DNA of 64,000 bases, taken from Syncephalis fuscata S228 (lineage: Eukaryota; Fungi; Zoopagomycota). Shown here one piece after another: positions 53,325 through 64,000 of the stretch. Within the stretch, counting starts at the first letter, position 1, and every line of letters begins with the position of its first letter. The stretch spans positions 744,001 through 808,000 of the forward strand of contig JAHLTZ010000003.1 of NCBI GenBank assembly GCA_025786725.1, in the 5' to 3' direction. The notes below the pieces were generated by a model. It did not search any database and had not been told where the DNA came from. It saw only the letters and a program-made list of their open reading frames with translations. The translations under genes were made by a program, and so were the position numbers.

Positions 53325-53806
53325 CTAAACTAAATGATAAAGCCAAAGCTTTAGACTTTTGACTTGTAATAAATTTTTTTGTTTTTATATAATTGGAATA
53401 AGTTGAAAGTAATTAAGTTATAAAATAATATAGCAGCTAAATAGTAGTAGCGATTAAATAATGGTGATGTAGCTTGTGAATGATCATAGTACAATAATAT
53501 GGCTACTAAATAATAATAGTGCAATAGAACAATAGATTTATTAATAAGCGGTAGCAGAAAATTGTAGTATTATCAGTTATTCAGGAAATTACAACACTAG
53601 AAAGTGTTATTCAGATGATACTTTTTTATCACTATTTATACGACTTCCTATAAATAAACGGCGCATAGTATCGCGTACATTACGGCGTTTATGACGCAAA
53701 GGTTTAATGAATGTAATGGTAGCTTTTCTTGTTCACACATGCTACGCTCCAGTTTACGTTCTAAATAAATATTAAGCCATAATTAGTTTGTAATAGATAC
53801 AATGGT

Positions 53807-55890
53807 TTAAATCTTACTGTATTCACCTATTGAGTTTGATGGAGTATTGTTTACTGGAACTGCTTCCGGTGGAATTATGGTATTAGATTGAGTAGTATAG
53901 GCAGCGCTGCTAATAAAAGCTTTAGTTTCATGTGACTCGTCTATTATCCCTTGACTGGCTTTTGTTGCAGATGAGCGATATAAAGAATTATCAATAGGCG
54001 AATTAGCACTTTTTTGCGACTCAGACAATAAAATTGATGCTGAAAGTTGAGATGCACCAGCTTTATGTTGTCGTTCACGTTCAAGATCACGTAAAACTCT
54101 TCGTAAACGTTTACCAGCTGGCGAATAAGGAATTTCTTTAACAAATGCGACGCCACCACGTAGTTGCTTGTAGTATACAACCCGCTCGGCGAGATACTTG
54201 GCCACTGTCTCTTCAGTGGTAGTTGGTGCGTAATTTGCTTTCAAGACTACAATAGCCCGTGGTAATTCGGTAGCTTGCTCTGGACAATCTATTGGTATAA
54301 CTGCCACATCTGCCACATCTGGATGGGTAAGTAGGATTTCTTCAAGCTCGGCCGGTGCCACTTGGAATCCTTTGTATTTAATTAGTTCTTTTATACGATC
54401 TACAATATAGAAACGACCCTGATCATCAACGCGGGCAACATCGCCGGTGTGCAAAAATCCATCTTGATCAATACAAGCAGACGTGGCCTCGGGATTGTTA
54501 ATGTAACCTTTCATCATACCAGGCGAGCGAATACACAATTCACCAGCTTCTCCTTCGGCCACATCTAATCGCCAAAAAATTAAACATTTTAATATAATAA
54601 ATAGTAAGCTTACCATTTCCATGAACGTCAACAAGCTTAGCTTCAACATTAGGTACTAGTACACCAATATTGTCCTTTTTGGGATCCTCAGGCCGTGTAG
54701 CGTGGGTCATCATGGTTAGCTCGGTCATTCCATAGTATTGGCGAACATCAATGCTTAGTCGTCTACTAACACTACTGATAAGATCGGCCGTAAGAGGTGC
54801 TGATGCACTAATAATTTCCTTTAAGCTAGAAAGATTGTATTCATCGACTATGGGACTGCTGGCCAATGCAGCGCAAATTGGCGGGGCAACATGGAGTAGG
54901 TTGGCTCGATAGTTTTGGGTAGTTCCAGCATGCGGCCAAAGTGGTAGCGACGCATTATGACGACCACAGAACGACGACAAAGCGGTAGGTGCAATAGAGT
55001 TGTAAGACCAAAGATATGGTAAAGTGGCACAAATCCAATCTGAACTGCAGGTTGCGGAAATGTCTTGTAATGCTCAGCCTCGTTGGCAACATAATAGCAT
55101 AATCCGGCCACAAGATTACGATGTGTAATTTGAGCACCTTTAGATTTTCCTATAAATAATAATAATAATAATAATAATAATATAGTAGTAGTAGTAGTAA
55201 TAATAACTGTTATTAGCAAATACATTGAACTGATTTAAATCTACCTGTTGTGCCTGATGTATAGCAAATTAATGCAACAGTATCGGCCGCTTTGCCAGGG
55301 GCAAGTTTTACTGGTTCGGCCTCAGCATTCCATTAAGAAATGTATCAAACGATTGCCACCCACGATATTTTAATCTTGCTTCTGAATTTTGTTCTGCTCC
55401 AATGACCACTATTCTGTCGGACGGTATTTTTGCTTCGGATGTTGCCCTTAGTGCAGACGATAGTATATCTTTATCTGTTACAATATAGCGTGCGCCCGAA
55501 TCGACCAGTTGGTGTGTCAACTCGGAAGCCGTATATGATGGATTCATTGTGGTAACAGTGACCCCAGCCGCAATAGCACCAAAATAAACAACTGAATAAA
55601 AAATCTGTATACATTTTAGTTGCCGCAATTGTAACAGTGTAACAATAACTTACATCGTTACCCAATAATAAGGCCAGCACGTCTCCTTGTCTGGCTCCAA
55701 ACTTAACGCAAAGAGCGTTAGCAAAACGTTTTGTCATACTTCGTAGTTCGCCGAAATTCAGCCTGCGGTCGGTATCGGGATCAATAAAAAATACCATATC
55801 ATCAGGCGGTTTATTTGCACTTTCAAAAAGATAGTGGTAGACATCTACATCGGGAATCGAAATATCTGGACGACTTGAACGATAAATCAT
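53807..55890 (-). CDS. 4-coumarate:CoA ligase/luciferase-like acyl-CoA ligase; may extend to 53648 through a final intron
   Basis: Starts MIYRSSRPDISIP. Motifs are YTSGTTGKSKG, PLYHIFG, YGMTE, GELCIRSP, FLHTGD, DRIKELIKYKGFQVAPAELE and PAGKRLRR. Frameshifts occur near 54930 and 55320. Confidence 0.92.
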
Positions 55891-56617
55891 AATGCCGAAA
55901 AGCTGCAAACAGACTTTACAAATGCGATTTAAAAGCTGGAAAAAATGCAACAACTGAATTATAAAAACAAATAGTAGCAGTATCGTGGAGATAAAAGCAA
56001 GTAAAGCGATAGCACAAGTTTGAACGTTTAATGCTAGAACAGCGTTAAATATAAATACCTCGTAATTTATGTAGCGCGTGTGAGCGCGGCTCAAGTTAAT
56101 GGCTTTTGGCTGGGCAATTATTCTAGTGCAACATTGGCTGTGCAGCCGCATCCATTACAATGGTTACTTATGCAAGATTAAAAATACGCATTAATGTCCA
56201 TTTTTAATACTTTGGCTTTAAAATGTAGTTTTATTTACGCAAACTGTATTTATTATGCATGAAATTATAGCCATTTAAACAATAAAATGGCCATAGGCTC
56301 AAAAGACATTGTGGTGTATTGTCACTTGGCATGCCGAAGATGGCAATGTAAAATATTTTCCTATCATTGTGAAACTATTTTTTGCCTAAGGGCGCGGCAT
56401 TTATTTCGACAGCTATTGTATCCATAGCAACTTTGTATACTATATCAAACATTTTACCTCTGCCATGCTCTTTTGATTCTATTTTCGCTCATAATTACAT
56501 CAGTCACAAGGCTATTTAATCTATGGCTTGTATTTGGCATGTGTACAAGTTTTTACTATAGCAATAAACCGTATATTAGAACTAAGATTAACTATAATAA
56601 ATTTGGCCAAACTGTAC

Positions 56618-57128
56618 TTTGACTCCTACGTTTGTCCCAAAGCAAAATCCGTTCCAGTTAAAGTCAATTGTAACAAAGTGGCCGTAGGATAGCCACTGTT
56701 ACAATTTTGTTATGCATAACAAAACACAAGTATAGTGTTTTCATTTGATTACTTGAAATTCATGAGGCCGATCATTATTGTTGTTGGTCATGTGTAGAAA
56801 ATTGACCGAATATTAATAGAAGTCATATAATTGCAATTTCAGTCATTCCGCAGTCGTTGTTATTGCATCTGCGTACAGCATGGATTATTGCATCAAAATG
56901 ATATCTTCTATTTTCCAATCTTCTACTGTTGCATTTTGGGCATATTTGTGATATAAAATCAAGATTAATATTATTATTATAAATGTCGTTTATTAAACAG
57001 CCACTTTTCCTATAGCCAATCTGACTAAATAAATGGCATTTGAACAATTAATAGCATAATGACAATATATATATTAAAGCAATAATAAAGATAACTAATT
57101 AATTACATTATTGTACTGACAATTACAC
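56618..57128 (-). mobile_element. Fanzor/TnpB C-terminal remnant followed by stem-loops and terminal segment E
   Basis: ORF 56823-57047 reads ISQICPKC...HAVRRCNNNDCGMT and, after a 1-nt shift, *NCNYMTSINIRSIF..NNNNDRPHEF. There is a hairpin at 56666-56706 and a 20-bp palindrome at 56705-56724. The downstream tgactttaactggaac is shared with 39329 and 13610. Confidence 0.8.
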
Positions 57129-57718
57129 ATGAATTAATTAATGTTGAATGCAATATTATACATGGAATAGTGATGAATAAGTGTTTAATTATGTCTAAAG
57201 TGTTGAGGGGTGAAATTGATAAATAATAATGTAAAAGTCAACGTACAATAGCTACATAAATTAATGGAATTGCTGCAAAAATAGCTAAGGCGCATTGATG
57301 ACGTATAGTCAATAACTCCTCCATCAAAGTATTCAAAGGCCATATGACGCTGCGTGCTACAAGAATGCACGTTACTGTGTGACTAACCGGTGGCCGACAG
57401 CGTGCAACCATATATTTCAATATTGATTACTCATCTTTCTCCAAGTCGGTACGTGCCATGGAACATTAGCGAAAGCAAACGATTGTTTCAGGTATTTGCA
57501 ACATCAGTATTCTTGGCTCTGCCTGCTATATCGGCACGCCTTCCAGTAGTCCTAATGTGTACATACATTACTAAGCAGCTGGAAATATAAATACAGACCA
57601 TAAAATGGACATTTGAGTAAGAAAATAACAACAACAGCGCACTCCACAAACATTTCAGACTAGCCAGTTACTACCATCAATCTGTTTATTATTGCTCAGC
57701 CGTAACCTATCAGTAAAT

Positions 57719-58394
57719 ATGACCATCACATCAAATCCCGTTATCTCCTATTTCAAGACCGATTTTCAAGGACTTGGAGGCGCAATCTACTTGCTTCTTT
57801 CGGACGCTGGGGTCGAGTACAAAAAGCACACTTTTGAAAAAAAGGAGTGGCCAGCATTGAAGGAAAAATTGATCACCTCTGGTGAATCATTACACGGCAT
57901 AGTGCCAACTTTGGAACTTGATGGCAAGGTCTACGCACATCAACAACCAATTCTTCGTTTACTTTCTCGCCGTCTAGGTAGGTGTTAATATAAATATATA
58001 ATAGAATGTACGAGCACTAATAGTATGTCTGATAATGATAGGCAAATATGATGGTGCTGACTCAGAAGAGACCTATGCTGTAGATGCCTTTTCCGATCTA
58101 GTTACGGATTTCCGCTTTACCTGGAGTATTGGTCATTGGGGAGAAGATGAAGCAGCCAAGAAGGCTTTTAAAGAAGAAAAATTACCGCGCTTTTTGAGCT
58201 CTATCAACCGCTATCTTGCCAAGACCAGCGGGCCATACATAATTGGCGATGAGCCGACTTACGCCGACTTTAAGCTTCTGGCCACACTACTTGACACAAA
58301 GCCAGACATTGACGGTCACCCACACATTAAAACGTTTTCAGAAGCGATCAGAGCACGACCAGGCGTTGTAAAATATTTGAATACACTAGCTTAA
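57719..58394 (+). CDS. Glutathione S-transferase (sigma-like), one intron at ~57979-58041
   Basis: Motifs are ISYF...GLGGAIYLLLSDAGVEY, HGIVPTLELDG..QQPILRLLSR and the C-domain GPYIIGDEPTYADF. Confidence 0.93.
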
Positions 58395-59400
58395 ACGTTG
58401 AAATAAACTGCTATTATGTTCAATTTAATTCTATTTTATCGTGTAAACATTGCTACAATGATCAATAGCATTATTTAACGAAATTTTGATTTTATAATTA
58501 CCACTTTGACAAGTTATTGCAACTACCTACTTCTAGTCTACTTAATTTTCACAATATGTAGTTCTTACTGAAGCTTCGATACTACCATAGCTTAATTAAG
58601 ACAGTGAATAATAATAGCAATCCTTTTACTTTTTTACTTGGATTGTTATTATTTAATTATTTGAATCATTTTAATTTGATATACAGCATCAATTTGCTGA
58701 TGGTGACTGCACATAGATTAGTCATTATTAATGTTACGACATTATAAGTAATAATAAATATTTTAAAACAAATAGAAACAACTACATTTAGTAAATGATT
58801 ATTCTCACGCTTAGGCAAAGTTATCTTGGTTTATATTCGTAGCTTTTATCGGTTTTAAAAACGATATTGTAAAATGCATTACGTCGACTATAGTAGTAGT
58901 AGTACACCTATAAGCTCTACGAATAAATACTTTTGTTTTAATGAAAACATGACAGCAATTGTAAATTGTGGCAATCGTGTAAATATAACAAATGTATATG
59001 GTTATAATAAACTTTGATGAAAGCCTGCATTGCTGGCAATTGTCTTTATTTCTAAGTCTCGTTATTGTAACATTGGTCAATTGTTTACTATACTACTTTA
59101 AGTAGAACAGCAGTAATATTTCAAAATAAACCATTAATTGATATTTAACCAAACACTACGGTTCATGTATTTTAAGCAAGAAGCCCATTTGTACTGATTT
59201 TAAACTGTTGGCTTTACTGGCTAATATTGAACACTTGCTGGTAACTTGCCATTAATGATAAGATTTTTAGAAACTAATAAAATACATTTTGAAATTAAAA
59301 ATATTGAGCATTTTATGTAAATAAAAAAGTCAAATATTATTTAAATAGTAGCATTTATTGAAGTATAATTGGATAATGTATTGGGTGGGAATGGCAGTAT

Positions 59401-59993
59401 TTAAGCTAATACTTTTAGTAACAGTAAAGTAGCTTTAGTAGATATGAAAATCACATCGGATATCCTTGATTCCATACCGCCCATGCCCATGTTACCCGTT
59501 GTAGCACCCAAATAATTGTTAAGAAAGTTTGAATTGAACTGTTTTTTAGAAGCGGCATTGTCTTTGATTTGAGCTTTGTTAAGCTGCTCTTTTGTTGTAT
59601 CCGGAAGACCTTGAATTGCATCTACGTGAGTGGTTACTTTAGGTTGATTTATTGTCATCATTAAAGCTGTCGTCAGTTTACTTGGACCAGTATTCAGTTG
59701 TGGGAAAGCTGATTGAGTATTCATTGTAGATCCACCCATTGATTCATTGTAGACCACCCATGGTTCGTTGAGATCCACCATTTGGTTCATTGTAGACCCA
59801 CCCATTGATTCGTTGAGATCCACCCATTTGATTGTTGGAAATCCACCCATTTGGTTTGTTGGAAATCCACCATTTGGTTTGTTGGAAATCCATTCATTTG
59901 AGATGGGAACATATCTGGTATTGGAGAGCCACTACAGGTTGTAGCGTAAAAGGCAGCCAAAGCAACGGTTAGATGGAAGATTTGCTGTGTCAT
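59401..59993 (-). CDS. Small secreted protein with ~8-aa (24-bp) tandem repeats; frameshifted within the repeats
   Basis: Signal peptide MTQQIFHLTVALAAFYATTCSG-SP, then (M)GGFPTNQ / ESMGGSTM repeats at 59720-59900, continuing into ORF 59401-59850. Confidence 0.7.
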
Positions 59994-61034
59994 GATGATT
60001 GTCGCTGAAATGTTTTTTGTATGCAAGTCCAAGAAATAAACCCGTAACAGTCTAATATGAAAAAAGAAAAGAGTAGTTGATTGTTTGAAGTAGTTCTGCA
60101 AGACAATTATATCCACTTGGTTGAATAGCAATATAAAACGCTCTTATCTATAACTGGCATGATTTGGGCATAATGTTTCTAAAAAAACACAAGGTTGAAT
60201 TAGCCGTTTCTATATAAAAAAGTATTTACTTCTGATTGGTCAACAGCAATTCGGAATTGTATTAGAATTTTCTAAATTTAATTACTGCTATATCCAGCTA
60301 TATTTAAATTGAAATTTCAAACCGCTGTCGTATTTAGTATTGCTTAATTGGATCATGTAAAATTCAAACTAAGCTAGCATGATTTACATTATATTTAGAT
60401 ATCAGTATTTCTACTACTTTGCCACCTTGTAATATCGTGCAAACGCGAAGGCAACACTAAAAGCTTAATGTTGACTACATCAATATATTGGTTAACATTG
60501 CAAAACACTACATTATTGTAAATACTACACCATTGTAAAATAATACAATCACAAAGCTTATCACAAATTGCACTCAAGCACAAGCAATGACTTGGTTGCT
60601 ATAATTTTACTCATGAAACACAGTGCTATTGCTATTCACGTGTCTGTCTTTTTGGCAAAATCCATGCTTAGTTTAATTCCCGACAGTGGAATAAACCAAT
60701 CACATAGTGTCTGAAATCTTCATTACATTTATAAATACATCCACACCAATTACATGCAGTAACATATGGTTGATAGCGACATTGAAACCAAACAAAGCAA
60801 CGAAAAAAAAAGAAAAATTGCAATATTGGTACATGAAAGAGTTGGTGCTATTGTGGTATATTCTTTTTTGCAATTCCATGATGTCATATATTAATATAAA
60901 AGCAAGTAATCCTGGTTAACATTCTTTTGTTTTAACACACACACACACGCACACACCCCATTTCCTTAACAATTTTCTTATTTTTTTAACAATAGTAAAA
61001 ACGAATCTAAATTTTAGAAACAGATACGATTAAA

Positions 61035-62272
61035 ATGCAGCTACGCTTTGAAACGTTTACTTTTTGCTGTCTGCATACTATGCTGATTGGTATACAATAC
61101 GTTCTAGGTAATTACTATTATCCGACTGTATTTGTAGCTTTTTTAATATTAAATGCATTGATTTATGTTTATAATTATAGCATTGGATAAAACAATCGAG
61201 ACTCAATCATCAATAGTATCAGATATTAAATCTGCAACCACTAGCTCCTTTCCTAAAGCAATTATAAAACGTCCGGTGCATATGGACGAACAAAATTAAC
61301 CATTAAGCATTGGAATGAGCCAGTTGGTGACATCAATACTGCATTGGTGAATTATGATGGCACGGATGGGTTTTTAAAATGCAAGACAGATTATAGAGAT
61401 TTTGCAGCTGAAAATGCTGTCTTTAATGTAAACACCAATTTACTTTTAGCAAACAATGTTTCTCATATACAACAATTTTAGGCTATTCGTGATTCTAAAG
61501 CCCTCTTGGACAAAAATATGCTTTACAAGGGCAAGCGGTGGGTTACTTATAGACTAGATAGATTTAGCGTCAACAAAAAGTACTACTGCATAGTATCATC
61601 GCGTCAGGGCACTAAAACACTTAGACAGTTTGGTAAAGTCTTAGAATATTTGAAAAATATGCCCATGTACGCACACTGTTTGACCAAGTCACACGAGGTA
61701 GCTATTCGTTTTATTTGTAAGCCTGTATACTAATATACTATTAGGTGTGGTGTTTTTAAATTTTGCCAAAGTATCGGTCAACAATCTTACTCCGGATAGC
61801 ATTATTGTTGACGATTCAAATCCTAATAATCTAAAATTTACAATTGCCAACTTGGATCACGCTACTGTTTTTAAATCACGCAAAACAGGAGGAATACCTG
61901 GAAGACCACTAGAGTTTAGAGCAAACACAATCAATGAACAGTTTATGCCACCAGAGTATTTCATCAGAGAAAACTATGAAATGCAAAAGGAGACTCATGG
62001 GTTGTCGCTATGCTTATTTACTATTACTACCATAACAGTCTGCCAGATATGCTTAATGAAAATGGTAACACGCCGTCACCTTCCACCTTTGCGAAAACAA
62101 TGAAGCAACTATACGACTCGTCGCTTAAATCGCCCAAGAGTTGACTTTTGATTCTGTACAAACTAAACTACTTAGTATTGTTTCAAAAAACTACGTAAAG
62201 CTGTTTAACATCAATCCAGCTCGTCGTCCTACTTTGTTAGAGTACTTGACTCAAATAGCATCAAATAGTTGA
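61035..62272 (+). CDS. Pseudokinase with a putative signal peptide, paralogue of 14091-15340
   Basis: Has the same exon layout (short hydrophobic exon 1, introns after VFN and before GVVFLNFA). Motifs are GFLKC, AENAVF, VNNLTPDS (for HNDLKPNN), ANLDHA (for DFD), FMPPEYF, KGDSW (after a shift) and NPARRPT. Confidence 0.78.
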
Positions 62273-62587
62273 CTTTTACTGAATCTCGATAATGAATATG
62301 CTTGAAATAAAAGATGAATTATTTACAAACACTTGTAATGATATAATCGATATGCTGCAATATAATATTTATTTTATTATCCTTACATGTTTAAATCCTT
62401 CATTGAGCAATATATATATATACACGCAACTATTGGCATAGTACTAAAATAACCATTTTCACTTTAAAACGTGTAATACTAATTGTTAATGTAGACAGCT
62501 TATTATAAGATAAAAATGTCGTGGTATCCTTTTATTACACTAAAATATACTATTATAGGCTGTGTAGATGTGTATATATGAAAATAA

Positions 62588-64000
62588 TTAGCTGCTACTA
62601 GAAAAGTCTAACATAACGAATAGACCTGTAAATTGCTCTACATAGCCGAAATACGTTGATGTGACTACGCAGCCTTCACCGATATCGGCATCCGATGCAG
62701 CAGGCGATCGTCGACCTGGGCCAGCACTATCCGGTCGTCGTCGTACTCGCTCCACAGAAAAGCCGTCTTCAAGCCAGCCCAATGGCTCGCCATCTTTAAG
62801 ATCAATTCGACACCAACGACCGTCAGCATTAGCAGCACAGCCAATGCTTCCTACAGCCATTCGCGTGGCATCTGGCTGAGTGTCGGTGGTGGAGTTTATA
62901 GCGTTAAGGCCTGAACATGAATTGGTAATCTGCCACGGCCAGTGGCGTTGATGCAACAAATGGCCATCCGATAAACGAATAACCAAGCAGCGCTGGCTAG
63001 CCATTCTCATACGTCCTGCTTCCGATGCTGTCAGCGAGTCAGCCTCTGAGTCGGAACTACCATTCAGACTATTTGGATCAGCATCGCGTACAGAAATGGC
63101 AGATGCTGCTTGACGATATGGAACAGTAATAGTCGATCAGCACCGGGGAGTGGATGGACACGCACGGCCAATGCTGGTTGTGCCAATTGCCAAACAATCT
63201 TATTTGTTGTAGTGTCATGCAAGGCAAACTGATATTCCGAGTCTTGGCCTTCAAGCTGATACTGCAGCAATACACGATTGCGATCAACTGGAATAACACG
63301 CAATGATTGTGGATCAACACCTTCGATGGCCAATTCGCCTTGAAGTGATTGACGTTGGCCCAGTGTTGATAAATCATCGGCGTAGGTCGTTGTAGTTGAA
63401 GTGCTTTGTGATTTGTTATCTACTGTACGCGAGTTGAATGTATCCGTGCGTGATGATGAACTGCTAGTTGGAGATGCTACTGTAACTACAGTCGTTGACG
63501 ATGAAAACGACGCATCATCTGCAGCTTCATTGGCATTTAGACTTGTATTAGATGTACCGCTACTGCTATTTGTATCACTTTTAAGAACAACTTGACGCCA
63601 GCAAAGCTGTCGACGTGGTCCCCGCACTTCACCTAAATACATAACAGCTGCACGTTCGTCCTGAGCTTGTAGACAGCTGGTGCGTACAGGTGCATGTAGC
63701 TGTCCAACAAGACGTAGGCCACGCGCTAAATCGTAGACAGAGCATGTATCCTGGTCAAATGCCCATCTATGCACTAGAAGCCATCGTCCGCTTAGCATTC
63801 GAAGATTGCGGCCAGGTGGCATCCATACACGCACACGTGCCAGACTGTTTTCCCCGGCCAGATCGGAGGTAGAACGTACACAAAGAGCATGGCGTTGGGT
63901 ACCAAATTCAGATACAAATCCAGCAAGAATTACAATGTAGCGATCGTTAAGACGTACATCGGCTACTCCCGTAAAGGTCAGTCCAATGCCGGATCCGGTT
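62588..64000 (-). CDS. C-terminal part of a third F-box-like family member (5' end beyond the window; frameshift at ~63115)
   Basis: RLNDRYIVI, LSGRWLLV...VYDLARG..SCLQ..ERAAVMY, VDRNRVLL and the ending VMLDFSSS parallel motifs in 9571-11220 (ISDRFVV, RGRWMM, VFDLANG, LDDDRVLI, IIDMSF). Confidence 0.7.

Noticed and set aside
62523-62533. GTATCCTTT, a U12-type 5' splice-site consensus
   Set aside because: It lies in the spacer between two convergent gene ends, not in a gene on that strand.

Overview
This is eukaryotic, AT-rich, intron-dense genomic DNA from an early-diverging fungus. Gene content and style suggest Zoopagomycota, possibly a Syncephalis-like mycoparasite (inference, no search run). 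Introns are short (~45-70 nt, GT/GC-AG). Conserved genes are SEN1 (5' part), MiaB/CDK5RAP1, RAX1, AAGAB/p34, MCCC1, PGS1, CTF18, an UNC80-like protein, a membrane hybrid histidine kinase, ERV46, WD40-type ATG16, NUP159/214, a subtilisin, a 4CL-like ligase and a GST. Between them lie lineage-specific genes: three F-box-like paralogues, a signal-peptide kinase, a signal-peptide pseudokinase and a small secreted repeat protein. The most notable feature missed by the ORF track is a family of dispersed, degenerate, modular repeats (about 6.06-6.90, 13.57-14.04, 38.9-39.37, 41.6-42.6 and 56.6-57.13 kb). Four of these five loci carry C-terminal remnants of TnpB/Fanzor-type RNA-guided nucleases from two sequence families, and three share a conserved hairpin-containing 3' segment where an omegaRNA would be expected. 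A GC-rich, strongly self-complementary island at ~16.0-16.3 kb is unexplained. Many genes carry apparent single-base frameshifts, several in homopolymer runs, which are probably assembly errors. Exon boundaries were read by eye, so gene coordinates are outer spans. No rRNA, tRNA or CRISPR array was found.
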